A DNA stretch of 64,000 nucleotides from Oikopleura dioica (Eukaryota; Animalia; Chordata), in contig OU015567.1 of the NCBI GenBank assembly GCA_907165135.1, positions 15,562,001 through 15,626,000 of the forward strand, in the 5' to 3' direction. Under the pieces are notes generated by a model. That model made no database searches, was not told the DNA's origin, and worked only from the letters and a program-made list of their open reading frames with translations. Shown piece by piece: positions 37,745-50,494 of this stretch (the first letter of the stretch is position 1; each line of letters begins with the position of its first letter). The translations under genes were made by a program, and so were the position numbers.

Positions 37745-38096
37745 AACAGAGCTGAGCTGACCTCAGTGAATATTTTTCTGAGCTGAGCGGAACTTAATCA
37801 CTTGCTATTGAGCTGACTTGAGCTGTCCATTTTTTCAGAGGTCATTGAGCTGAGCTGATTTGAGCAGACATTTTTTACTGTAGTTGAGCTGAGCTGAGCA
37901 GACCCTTTTTAGAGCTGAGCTGAGCTGGTTGAGCTAAGCTGAGAGGTTTTCTACTGTTTTTATACTAGTAAACTAGCGTTATCTGAGCTTGGCTAAGCTA
38001 GCCTTGTCATCAAATTTTTGAGCTGAGCTGAGCAGATCATTTTCGAAAATCACTGAGCTGAGCAAGTGGCTCAGCTCAGAAAATTTGCAACTCTGC
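37745..38096. mobile_element. (GAGCT)n pentamer-rich element ending TTTGCAACTCTG; other copies at 39456-39807, 40412-40561 and partial 48228-48272
   Basis: 37820-38096 and 39460-39807 are collinear (GAGCTGTCCATTTTT..GAGGTCATTGAGC...) and share the same terminus. Confidence 0.8.
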
Positions 38097-38405
38097 TTCA
38101 AAGAATTTCAAATCTTTTCATTTTGTAGTTAATTCAAAAAAAAAAAATCCTCAACGGATCTATGGAAAGTCTCCACAGGGAGCCAATGGCTCCCGCAAAA
38201 CTCACTGTTCCAAATGGCATTTTTTCCCGGCTAAAAAGAGAAGGAAGCTGATCAGAGCAAAACAAATCTCTCGATTATTACCGAGAATATTCGGCGTTCT
38301 CCTCGGTTAAATTAAATATCCGCAAATTATATGAGTTCTATAAAACAGGCTTTTTTGAATATTTTTTCATTTCGTCAATTCGCAATCTGATCTTCATGGA
38401 TAGAG

Positions 38406-40780
38406 ATGGTTGTTTCCTTTGAAAGAGAAGATTATTGTGTTTGCGAGAAACATTGGGGACTCGGTGCAATTGACTTTTTTGACGATATGATTACCGATAA
38501 AAATAACGAGTCTATTACTGATTATTTTTTCTATAACAATACGGTTTTTGACGCAGAGCAAACCCCGAGCAAACCATGGTTCGACCAGATATTTATTATC
38601 GTGCATTATGGGACTCTGATAGTCGGCCTCCCAGCGAATATCATCATTCTTTTTATCATAGCGTACAATTGGCGAACTAAATCATCATTTTCTTGCCTTG
38701 TTTTGAATTTGACAATCGCTGATATGGTACTGATGAAGTACTTGAACTATCAGCCGTATATTGATGGTAAATTTTCAAGTTTTCATTTTCAAACTATTGT
38801 TTTTAAACAGGTGACGCGAAATTTCCACAATTACAGGGTAGGCCTTCATTACTCATTATCCATTAAAAATGATTAATAAATTTGGAAGCTCTGCTCGGTT
38901 TTTATCAATGCCTTGAAAAGTGTAAATTTGATTGGGGATGTCACGTCTTTTCCTCCTGCTTGTCATTTTTCTCGATATCAGGTAATTTGCTTTTAAACAT
39001 ATTTGCTTTAAAAGATGCCTTTTTTTTGATCAGCCGTCGCTTTTGACAGATTTTATGCGATTGTCAAGGCAGGCCCTGGAGAAAATCACGGCTTTCGTCT
39101 TTCAGTAATTTACGGAATAGTTTGGACTCTTTCACTGTTGATGACGATACCGCTGATTTATTTCGCATATGCAGTTAATGATGGTGAAGTTTATATTTGT
39201 AATCATGTTTGGACAATGAAGTCGAAAGACGAATGCACAGTTAATGGATACAAAAAAAAGATGTAGCTGCTAGAATTAATCTTTTCATCAGAAATCAAGG
39301 GTTTCTGATGGTATGATTGACGCGGAAAAATATATTTTTTTATCCTCGCAAAGCGCTTTTATTAAAAAAGGAAAACAGAAGTTTTCTTGATTGCCCCGAA
39401 AATGACCCTTTTGGAAGGGTTCCTCTCTGATGGCCATCACGTATACTCAGGTGCAATTGAGCTGAGCTGAGCTGTCCATTTTTGAGAGGTCATTGAGCCG
39501 AGCTGAGCTGAGCTGACGTTTTTTTTAAGGTAGTTGAGCTGAGCGGACCCTTTTTTAGAGCTGAGCTGGTTGAGCTAAGGTGAGCTGTTTTTTTCTGAAT
39601 TTTTACTTGTAAACAAGACTTGTTTAACAAGTGTAGTCTGAGCTAGGCTAAGCGAGCCTTGTCCTCAAATAATTGAGCTGAGCTGAGCTGAGAGATAATT
39701 GCCTGAGCTGAGCTGAGCAAAACAGATCATTTTTGAAAATAACTGAGCTGAGCTAAGCGCCTGCTCAGCTCGCTCAGCCGGCTCAGCTCAGAAAGTTTGC
39801 AACTCTGAGCATGGGGAGAAAAGAAGACCCTTAAATTCATAAACAGTTTAGTAATGACCACAAGAGGCCATGACCACGAGGGGAACCCTTCCGAATCTAT
39901 CTTTAATTGGTGTGAACAACCAAAGTACTTCCTCGAAAAACTTTACTACTTTACATTCGCCGTTGTTGTTTTTCTTATCCCCATTACTGTCAGCATCACT
40001 TCTTACATATTTATTATGAAGAAAAATAACAAATTACAAAATTCTCTTAAAAACATTGGATCGGTAAATAATGGCGCGCGTTCAAGGAGAAATTTAAATA
40101 TGATGATTTCAATTTACGCTGGTAATTCATAAAAAGATTTTTTTTGATTATTTTTTGCGTTTCTCTTTTTTTAGTAACAACGTCGATCTGGTACGTCCCT
40201 TACATGTGCTTCATGATCATTGTTGTATTTGAAATTCCTTTGTCAAAAGTTCATTGCGATGTATTTGGAAGATTAGCGGAAACTTGTGTTATCATTACTC
40301 CACTTTCGAATGCAATCGTTTACTCATTTCTCGGAACCAAATTCAGGAAGCAGTGTTTTTTGACTTTTGCGGTAAGAATACTTATCCACGCTTCTTTATT
40401 CTTATCCAGGATAGAGTTGCAAATTTTGCTTTATTTTTAGTAGTAAAATTGTTCTAAAATCATTGATCTGACCTGAGCTGAGCGATAATTGTCTGAGCTG
40501 AGCAGATCAGATCATTTTCGAAAATAACTGAGCTCAGCTGAGCTGAGCGACTGCCAGCTTAGTTTACTAAGCTTCGTTACTGTGATCCTTAACAAAATAC
40601 TGAAAATGAATCCTTTCAAATTTAATTGTATTTCAGAAAATCTTCAGATCTAGAGATCGTTTACGACGAAAACAACCTCTCACAAGAAGTTCGACAGAAT
40701 TTTCCAGGAAAAAATTTTTGAAAACTGAGAGACCACCAGTAATACTTTTCAACGAAGATTCTTGTCGATTCCCAGCTTAA
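38406..40780 (+). CDS. Class A (rhodopsin-like) GPCR, peptide-receptor-like; TM3 could not be fully reconstructed
   Basis: TM1 GLPANIIILF, TM2 LNLTIADM, AVAFDRFYAI, TM4 IVWTLSLLMTIP, TM5 FLIPITVSITSY, TM6 IWYVPY, TM7 TPLSNAIVYSFLGTKFRK, and last exon 40637-40780. Confidence 0.8.
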
Positions 40781-40849
40781 AGTGAATTTTTATTGGCCCT
40801 TGCTTGCAACCAAAAGAGTGGTTTTTTCTTTATTCGTCAAGAAAACTAT

Positions 40850-41184
40850 GGACCCCCCGTCAGCTTTTTCATCCGACAAATGGAAATTCTTTAAATCACC
40901 ATATTTTTGGTTCTTAATGCGTCCTCAGGTTAAACTTGCTTCAAAATCTTGATAAGAAAAAGTTTTGACCAAGAAAAATCAATATTTTTGCCAAAATTAG
41001 GGCAAATCCGTCAATTTTCGGCGAAAAGTCCAATTTTCAAATGCGATTTTTGGGGTGAAGGAGTCGAGATAGACCCCGAAAAAGTGGACCCTCAAAATCG
41101 TTTTTTGACCCGTAGAATCCATTTCCGGGGTCAAAATTTAAAAATTCCGAAATTTTATTTTTCGAAAAAAGCTGACGGGGGTCC
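40850..41184 (-). mobile_element. TTAA-type MITE, GGACCCCCGTCAGC family, copy 2
   Basis: Reverse-complement homolog of 7283-7614; TTAA at 41185-88. Confidence 0.85.
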
Positions 41185-41777
41185 TTAAATGTTTTTTGAT
41201 TACTGTCCTGTTACTTCATTGTTTTGAAACTCCAAGCTCAATTAAAATATCCTACATCTGTTTCTTCAAATCTACGTCATTTTAAAAACCTCAAAAACAG
41301 GAAGCAAAACAAAGGCATCAAAAATTGCTTCCGCATCATTTAAAAAACGTGTTTTGAGGTTAAGCAGTTTTTGGTTCTTTGCAGTGCGTTTCTAACGAAG
41401 CCGAGCTCAATTAAATCTAATGGATGTGACGTGCGCGCATCATTTTTAGAATTTTTGAAAATATTACTTACTCTTTTCGCCAGTTCAGAAGTAAGCGGCC
41501 AGGTGCGGCTCATCGCGTGACAAACGAACGAAATCCGAAAAAGCATTCAAAAAAGCCTTTTTCTAATTTTTTAACGATTCATCTTGAACTATTTTTAGAA
41601 ATCTTAATTGCAGGCAAAGATGATTACATTTAAATGAGCTAGAGCTATAGTTAATAAAGCTACGGTTCGCCAGAAAAATGATATTAATCTTCCCGGCGAA
41701 CCGTAGGTCTCCCTAATAAAGTCAATATTTTTATAGAAAAAACTATTTCTGCATTTTTGTTTTTTTTTCTTAGTTCA

Positions 41778-41817
41778 GGGATCCCCCCGATTTCGCCAAC
41801 TTTGACGGGGGGATCCC
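41778..41817. mobile_element. 40-bp internal-deletion derivative of the GGGATCCC MITE
   Basis: GGGATCCCCCCGATTTCGCCAACTTTGACGGGGGGATCCC followed by TTAA. The first ~29 bp match the left end of 43207-43855. Confidence 0.7.
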
Positions 41818-42004
41818 TTAAGAAAGCCTCCCTTGACAACCAGACATTTAACCTATTGATTCTCAAGATATTTCTCTCAAGCGTTTCTTGACACAGGGAA
41901 ATCTAAATGACATTTCTTTAATGTCATTTGCTGGTATATTTTGAATGTGAAGAAAAAGGTATAGTTTTTATTCCATTTTTTTCCACGTAAAGAGGAGGTT
42001 AAAA

Positions 42005-45000
42005 ATGATTGATGAAGAAAACAGTGACAATGATGAAAAATTGCAACAACCTAAGGTTCAGGTTTGTGAGATTTCTTTTATGAAAAAACAAGATAAAATA
42101 AGTGCTTGGATTGTCATTGCATCGGTGTTCTCAATCAAAAAGATGATAAAGTATATCTTGTACCAGAAGAGGTCTTATCTTCTCGAAGCATCCGTACGCA
42201 AAGGAAAGATTTGAATGCAAAATCGTATAAAAAAGTCATAAAAGGGAAAATTACTTTGACAAAACATGGATTCTCAACAAATCGCCAACTGCAAGTTTAT
42301 CTTGGAGGGGGTTCTCTTTTCTGGATATCAATCATGCTTCTAAGTATGGACTTCTCAGTAATTTTTATAATATCGCGTTCTTAGCAAATTTCATCTCGCT
42401 AGAAAGATCAAAAAACAAAACAACTTTTTTGACTTCGACTTGTCATCGAAACTACAAAAGATGTGTCCGTACTGAATCAATTGATACCTGCGGTTATTTA
42501 ATGAAAAAATGCCGGGAAACAAAACAATTTATCCTTCCAGAGCCAGTTACAACTGCTCGAATGAAAGAACGCTTGCCAAAATCATTCTCCGAGGAGGAAA
42601 ATAAATTGAATTTACGTCGCTGTAAAAAGAAAAAATTTTATGACACGAAAGTCTGCCGGCATCTATGCTCAAAAACGCTTGTCTTAGAAAACAGTCGGAA
42701 CAGTTTCATTTCACCCTGTGAATCAATTTGCTTCCAGCTAACACGATCCTTTGATTCTGCTGGAGAAATTTGTCCAACAGAAAAGTACTGCAGATCAGGA
42801 TGCCCTTGTCCTTTTTACGATTGCGAAAAATTGGGCACGCATCAAACACTGACTCCTGTTTTTAATTTACAGGGGTCAAAGTATTCAGGAGAAAACACTA
42901 CTCATTCACCATTAATTGAATCAACGTCAACGCAGTATCCATCAACCTCAACATCATTGTGGTCGTTGACAACACCGACAAAAATAATAAGTTCTGAAGG
43001 ACTTTTGGAATCAAAAAGGAACATGCCATTAGATTTTTTCATTTTGAACCGGTTGTCGAGCGTTCCGCTCCATAAAAGTGGAACGATTGTTCACCTAAGT
43101 TTTCTAGGCCGCCTGCAAATTTTCTTCTAAAAAAACTTGGCGAACATGAACCTACTACTTCCGGGACCTTTTTCATGACCATCACCGGGTGTTATTTGTA
43201 CTTTAAGGGATCCCACCGATTCGGCCAACTTTGAGGTCGAACTTCTTTTTTTCGGGCTTAGCTATCTTAGAAGTTAGAGGCATTTTTTGAAGCCCATTTC
43301 TTAATGAGAAATCTCTAGTAAGAAAATCAAAATTGGAAAAGCGAATCACCTCTAAAAATAGCCCTGAAGACATTGATAGTCGCCAAAACCCTTGTTTTGG
43401 GCCATTTTCAAAATCGATCTACTTTTTTTCCCTCTGATATATTCCCCCGATCTTGTTCTTAAAACTTTCCTTGTGCCCTTAACTACAATCTATAGTACAG
43501 GCATCTGATGTTGTCAAGGATTGTAGATTTTTTCTTTACAAAAACTTTTACGACTGATTTTAGCCATTTTTAAGACTTTCTATGCTCTGTAGCGCCTCTA
43601 AGTGGCTAAATATTCCATCGAAACTATTTTTTCTTGATTCAGCTTCGTCTAAGCTATCCACAGAGCACTCATTCATAAGAATCTGTCGATAAATTTTTTG
43701 GTCGAAATTAGCCATTTTCAAAGCTCTGTCACTGCTCATCACGTGGCGTTACCCCCTTGACATAATATATAAAAATGATCCTCAGACAATGGAGATTTTA
43801 AAAAGGTATCACAGAAAAGCCCTCGATGACATTTTTCAAATCGGGAGGGGATCCCTTAAATAATATTATTGTATCTGATTCATTCATCATAATAAAATTT
43901 AAATTCTCTTTAGATACCGTTCTACGCTCGGCAACGGGCAGAAATTGTTTACTTTATATTATATAAAGAATATAACAATCAAACAACTTAAGTTTCCACA
44001 AAAAGATGATAATCCCGTAGCTATTGAATTGATAACCGGCCGTTGGGAAAATCGGCAGCCAAAAGAGCGCTTTTATCCAATTCTTCTAATTGACTTTTAT
44101 GGGAGTGAAAAGCAATTTAAAGTTAATGCCTCAGATTCTCTTTTCCACTATGAACGTTTTTTTATAATATTACCTTTTAAAATTAAAAATAAGCAAGATT
44201 TATTTTAAAATTAAAGCTCACTATAAAGGATAAAACGTTGAATATTGAACTTTTGTAGCGCCGAATCCCTTTTACAAATTAATTCATTTTTTAAAGAAAC
44301 CCTACCTCAAATCTACCGAAGACTTAAAAATTCCCCTATGTTAAGTATTATTTAAATCTTAATATCCATTTCTAAAGAAAACAGACCATTATTCTCTGAA
44401 AATTACCACTCAAAAGATGAATCTGACTCGAAGATTTAAAAGATTGAAGCCTCATCTCCAATCCAGCGGTGGATTATAGTTGTCAGTTAACTTTCGTCCA
44501 AGCTGTCGACAAAATTTCTCGTGTAAAATAGGAAGAGCGATGGCTGAAAGAGATTCTCTTCTCGCTCTCACTGCGCGCGCCAATCTCAATTTCGAAGTAC
44601 AATCAAAAACCAGTTCATAGAAGCCTTAATTTTCAATATTTTTACAAAATCCACCGCAAGATTGGAGATAAGGCATCAATCTTTCATATCATCGAGTCCG
44701 ATTTACCTTTTTAGTCGAAACTTTCAGAGAATAATGGTCTGTTTTATTAAGAGGTCGATTCTGAGGTTGAAACACTCTTAAAAGCACTAAAAATAAGGTT
44801 ATTTTTGAAATCAACAGTAAATTTTGAGTAGGGTTTCTACGAAATATGAATTAATTCGTAGCAGGGATTTGGCGCTACGAAAGTTCAAAATCCAAGGCTG
44901 TATCCTTTGGAGGTATCCCGGGACCTTTTAGCTTCATTTTTAAAAACATCAATGAAAAAATGATAAGTCAATAGGCGCAACATTTCTCGGCGGCGAACAC

Positions 45001-45450
45001 TATTTGGTCGATGCGAAAGGAAATTTACTTAGACTGAAGGAAACCAACGACGATCCCATATTTATTCCAAAACGTGATCAACGACTGTATGCTTGATTTA
45101 TTACGCTTCGTTAAATTATTTAAGGGGTTTTTTTGTTTTTCATTTCGGTTCATCGATTGGAACCCATCAAATCGAAATTCGTCGAAAAGACAAAGGCAGA
45201 CTCATTTTTCCTGTTGTCGCTATTTGTGATGGTTAAAGAGCTCAATTCTTAAGAAAATTTTTTTAATGACTAGCTTGTTTTGACCTGTCTCAGTTCGCCA
45301 ACTGGTAGATCAGATAAATGTTATTACTATGCACCAGACTACAATTTGAACCGTTTCGAGGAAGCCCAAGGCTTCATAGCAAGCAATCATTTCAATGCGA
45401 AAACATCTTCTATAAGCTTCGGCGGGACCTTTTATCTGATGAGTGTCAGG
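42005..45450 (+). CDS. Cys-rich (CPTEKYCRSGCPCPFYDC) protein of the kelch-like propeller-associated family; probably partial, 5' end uncertain
   Basis: ORF 42429-43130 has many Cys and a Thr/Ser-rich stalk. An exon at ~43990-44110 (RFYPILLIDFYG) and a fragment at ~45290-45450 (KCYYY...SSISFGGTFYL) follow. Confidence 0.45.
43207..43855. mobile_element. 649-bp TTAA-flanked MITE (TIR GGGATCCC), intronic
   Basis: TTAA at 43203-06 and 43856-59. Confidence 0.85.
44246..44887. mobile_element. Degenerate ~640-bp fold-back element
   Basis: TGAACTTTTGTAGCGCCGAATCCCT is mirrored by AGGGATTTGGCGCTACGAAAGTTCA; inner arms (CAGACCATTATTCTCTGAAA; CTCCAATC..GCGGTGGATT) also pair. Confidence 0.7.
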
Positions 45451-46418
45451 CTCGGCGAACGGTGGATAAAACTGTCGACAACTGTTGCCCTTAACCGAAT
45501 AAGAAAGACTGAAGAAATGGAAAAAGGATGGCGCAAAAATGAGATTGGCTTGCCTGCCGAATTCAGAGATTTGGATCCGGTTCACGTCTTTCCATTGAAT
45601 AGGGTTCTATTTTATTGTCGTGTTAGGATCATAAATAAACATCTGGGTTCGAAAAAAATTTAAAGCCTACTGTACACGGACTTTTTGACTCGAGACGATG
45701 GCTGTCGATTTCGAGTCCTTTGAAATTACTATGAAATTTTTTCCGGGTAGTCAGCAGATTTTTCTGCGGGTAATTCGCGTGTAAACCCGTGCAAGTAGAT
45801 CGAGTTACATTACAAGTAATGGGTTATGGATAATCGCGAGCTACTTAGCCGCAAGGAGAAACCTAGTATCGCGAGTAGACCGTGAAAAGACTCTCTGCGC
45901 AAGTAATTCGTTGAAAAATCTGCGGATTGCCCGAAACCGGTCATGCTAAAGACCGTAAATATGATTCTAAGAAAATCAGATTTTTTTTTCAAACGATCGT
46001 TAACGTCGGAACGCATAAAATTTTTTCAACGTTGAACGCAGATCGTACCAATTAATTGGTATGCCCATTTTACCCCTTTTTAACAATGAAACTAATTAGT
46101 TCACTGTAAAAATGATACAGATAAATAATTCTAAAAAAGCTTAACTTCAATTTTATGTGTTAAAATGGCATTACAGGGCGTTCTTTCAATCAATTGGTCG
46201 CTGTACGTTTTGGAGTTAACAATAGGAATATAATCAGTTGAAGTAATTAACGGCTATTTAACCTTTCCGGAGCATAAAAAAGCAGCGATTCGGCTTAAAA
46301 TAAAGTAAAGTAAAGTAAAGCTCTTTTTTCACATCAACCAAGATTATTCAACTATATAACTATAGTCTGGGATGAATGGTTATATTTAACCCTAATAAAG
46401 ATCGACGTTGGTCGTCTG

Positions 46419-49400
46419 ATGCTCATTCTCGTGACAAGAAGCATTTTACTTTCTAACACTCTTTACTCGTTATTACTAGAGGCCGAAGGAAAATTCTTGC
46501 AATTAGGTAGCGAATGGATTGGATCACTTGTTCAATACGAAAAAAACTCGCGATGTTTTTCAAAATTATTTACTTCCAATGATCCGTCATACACTGATCA
46601 TATTCAAAACAATAACGATGAATGTGAATACTTTGGTCAAGGAATCATAAGTGGCGAGAAGCTCTTCATACAAAATTATGTATTTGACGCTACATTTGAA
46701 ATAGAATTCAATTTCGGGAAGTTTAAAAATAGAAAATATTTTTAGTAAGAAAATTAAATTTTTGAACAATAATTCAGAGAAAATAGACATTAACTTCGTT
46801 CAAATGAAAGAATTTGGAAAAATGCACGTCACGAGCAATCCATATTTTGCTTTTCACGACGATATTTTTCCAGCATTTTCGAAAAATGCGATCGCTCAAC
46901 AGCCATTTCCTTCAGCCCCAAGTTCGATGTCTCAGCCTGTTCCTAAGACGATTGTCCCAAATATTGCATTTACATCACTTGAAGAGATTCGGCATATTTC
47001 ATCACTTGAATTAAAATTTAATCAAACGGAAAGCTTTAAAATGCAATTTTTTATTCAGGTAAGAAATTAATACGCATTTTAAAAAAATTATTTTATTAAA
47101 AATCGGTAAAATAGATCACAAGCAAAATAAATTAAGGACGTTAACTATGAACACAAGTTTTCTGAAAGCAAATTTCTTGATGAAAAGATTTTATTTATCT
47201 TTGGAACTTACACAAATGGGTCTGTTTGGATTGACTCTGATTATTACGATGGAAAAATAACTGTTAATTCGACTCTAGCTAATTGGATAGACATCGAATT
47301 AAAATTGAAATATAATGAAACATCGGACTCAACTACAGTTGAAATATCAGAGGTTCAAGGAGTACCTCGGGTACCTGATTTAGTGTCGCTTTTTTGGTCC
47401 TGAAATTCCGAAAAAACGACACTAAATTGGAATCGAATGGTTGCCGATATGAAATTCGAAGTTATAATAACTCTTTATTTTTTCTAGTATCTTTAGATAT
47501 TTTTCTGGTTACTGGCACCAATTTTGAGCCTTATTACTCAGAATAAAGTGCCTCTTGAATTTATTTGGTCGGAACATCGCAAAATAGTCGTTTTTACTCA
47601 TAAAAATCAATTTTGAAATGACTAATAATATTGGGGCATTTCGCATGGAGTTTATAGAACATGCTGTTTTGTGTTTTTAATATTTAAAAAATTGCAATTC
47701 TAGCGAAATTTAGTGGCAAAAACAGTGTTGTTCGAAAAAGCGACACTAAATTAAAATTTGCGGGTTCCCGCTCTTCGAAAAAAGCGACACTAAATTGGGC
47801 GACACTAAATCGGGTACCTGAGGTATTTCAAGAAAGAAGACAATTCAAAAAAATGCATGGACTTAATTCTATAACAGAAAAAAAGCTCAGAGTTTTTAAA
47901 TATGGTCATAATACTCAGATCAGAAATTACTTCTATTGTACTGAACAATCGACCCAGATAACTGTGATTCTACCGGACCTTTCAAGGAATCTTGAACCCC
48001 CTTATTCATTCCTTGCGGACGGATCGATTGATGATCAAGTTTCCTTGTCACCGCCATTATTTTATGAAAATGCCGGTTATGGAATAGCAGAATACACATA
48101 CAATTCAAAAAGCGCGTTTGTTAATAACAAACTTCATATTTTTGGTGGCTATCCGTCAAGTAAAAAGGTAAATATTTTATCTTGATTTTTGAAAATTAAC
48201 ATGATATTCGATTAAGAATTGAAGAAAGCTCAGCTCCGGTCCGCTATAGGAAAAAAATTTTGCTCAGCTCCGCTGATCTAAAGGTTCCCTTTGGAAGATA
48301 AATTTTGAGAAAAATTTGCATAAAAAAGCCTTATTTTCACGATTGGGGATCCTAAATTTTGATTGTTAGATCAGGGTTGAGCCCATATGAGCATATTTTA
48401 AAGCAATATTGAAATTTCTATATAAAAGCGTGATCAATTGTTAAGTCGGCGCTCTTTGACCAGATCCAAAGATATAAATTACGTCATATAATACACCCAA
48501 CAGAACATAATCAAGCCATATTTTTTATAGATTGCGCGATTAGATGGTTGCAGATTTACTCAATTGCCAGTTGAACTACTAAAGAAATATTATTTGGGTC
48601 ACGGGGCCTTGACAATGTATGGAGGAAAAAAAGGTTTAAGCGAATCAATATTTTTTTTTGTAATACAATTTTAGCAATCATTTGCTTCGACATTTATGCT
48701 CAAAAACACTGCGATCTTTTTGATGGAGAAAATGTCCAACGAATTTCCTCTACAATAAATAGAAACGAACGTGCTGGTCTTGCTCTTTACAATAGGCGTC
48801 CAACGGTGGTTGGAGGCTGGAGCTCAAAAGGTGCAGTTGAGCAATTTAACGGGGATGTATGGATCGAACTCGAGAATCATCCAAGGTATTGATTATTGCG
48901 TACACAGTGAAGATAAGAGTAGGAATAAGAAGAACCATTTTTTTTTAATTCTTTACGGTCTAACGGTGAGAGTTTAACCTTTTGTTTGTAGAATAAAAAA
49001 GATTTTATCTTTGTTAAATCATTTAAATAATAGTTCATTATTAATGTATAAATTTTCGCGGAACATGTTCGCATTGTTCAGATGGATAAGAAGTGCGCCT
49101 GCCATTGGATTATCTTCAGGTGCTCTCCTTACAATTGGGGGATACGACTATGATAAATATGGTCGCTTAGACGAAATTTGGAAATTATATAATGACGTAT
49201 GGTCTCTTGTTGGTTATCTCGCACAGGTTCTTATTTTTCTTTCTTATTTACGTACCCCACCCCCAGCTCGCAAACATTTTGTGAACATTTTTCCCTTGCT
49301 CTTTAAATTAAATTTCATCGAATTCCCCTCGCTCCCTCTTATTTTTTTCAGCGCGATCCATTAGTCGCCATCTTTCTTTTAACCCCGCGCGCCCTTGTTC

Positions 49401-50494
49401 GCTTCTCTTTACCTATTTATCCCTTATTCGCCGTGAGACCGTCAAAGCCTAGGTCGGCTTGGGTCGCTCTTACTTTCGACTCAAGCTTTTCATCGGGAAC
49501 TATATTTTCGATTTCCATGAATATTCTGACAAGAACTTTATGTTATTTTCTTCTTCTTTAAGTATCCAGTTAAATTTTTATACCTTGTAGCAACGCTGAA
49601 GTATGCCGTAAACATGATTGTGTGACCTCATATGTACATTTATACTCAAAAAAGTCGGATGCTCATGTTGAGACTGCTTAAACTAGCTTATTTCACCCGA
49701 GGGTTCTACAAGGCAACCCTACAAGGTACACGTAGGTTACCCAGATTTATCCCTCAATTCTTTCGAAGAATCTCGAAAAATGAATGAGGAGAAAGAAGTG
49801 TTGTAGTGCGATTTTTCGTCTCAAATAAGAGAGCACTACAATTTGTGTAAAAAGCTAAGAAGCTCTGTTTTATTCCGCGACTAGCGCTTGTGCATTCATA
49901 GTACAGATATCTCTAAGTTAGGTCTTCTAGCAAAGGTGCGCCGTCAAAACCAAGGAGGGCGAACAAGGGGGCGTAGAAAGCAAAAGAAGGAAAGCGACCA
50001 AGGCAACTTTGGTTACAAAAAGCGAGCGACCAAGGGAGGTCTTGTTGGAGTTAAACTAAGCGAGCAAGGGAAAAAATTTCACAAAAATTTTGGCGAGCTA
50101 GGGGGGACGTTATGTTAGAAGAAAATATTTTTAATTTTTATTTTAGGCAGTTGATACATCATCAGTCTTGCTCGTTGAAGACTCTTCATACGTTTTTCCT
50201 CGTTATGGAGATCAAGGACTTCAAATCCAACGCATCAATTTAGGCATCGGTTATTGTTTTTAGTTACTTGAACAAACGTACAAAGGAAAATTTCCTTATT
50301 ATCCCTTATTTTTAATCAACTTAAAAAAAAATATTATTTAAAAAAAAAATATGGATAAATAATGAGATAATAACCATTGCTGAGATTCGGATGAACAAAT
50401 TCTTTCAACAGATCTTCTTGGAGATCAAAGAGCAAAAGTGTATTATCCAATTCTATTTGTCACATATGTTGATTTCTGTAGTTCTGGAAACTAA
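46419..50494 (+). CDS. Multi-exon protein with C-terminal kelch-like beta-propeller repeats
   Basis: Hydrophobic N-terminus; exons give ...FVNNKLHIFGG, IARLDGCRFTQLP, AIICFD..HCDLFDG, LALYNRRPTVVGG, LLTIGGYD...IWKL..DVWSLVG and an end ...YYPILFVTYVDFCSSGN* (TAA 50492-94). Confidence 0.7.
47365..47823. mobile_element. TA-flanked MITE (TIR CCTC(G/A)GGTACC(T/C)GATTTAGTGTCGC) forming a GT-AG intron (47362-47822) inside a coding region
   Basis: The 25-bp TIR matches 23/25; TA at 47363-64 and 47824-25; internal GCGACACTAAAT repeats. Splicing rejoins CAA GGA|GTA TTT CAA in frame. Confidence 0.75.
49248..50112. mobile_element. Degenerate intronic TIR element
   Basis: CCCCCAGCTCGCAAACATTTTGTGAACATTTTTCCCTTGCTC is mirrored by GAGCAAGGGAAAAAATTTCACAAAAATTTTGGCGAGCTAGGGGGG. 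Confidence 0.6.

Noticed and set aside
45434-45470. CTGATGAG hammerhead-like core
   Set aside because: No pairing stem II and no GAAA (it reads GAAC).
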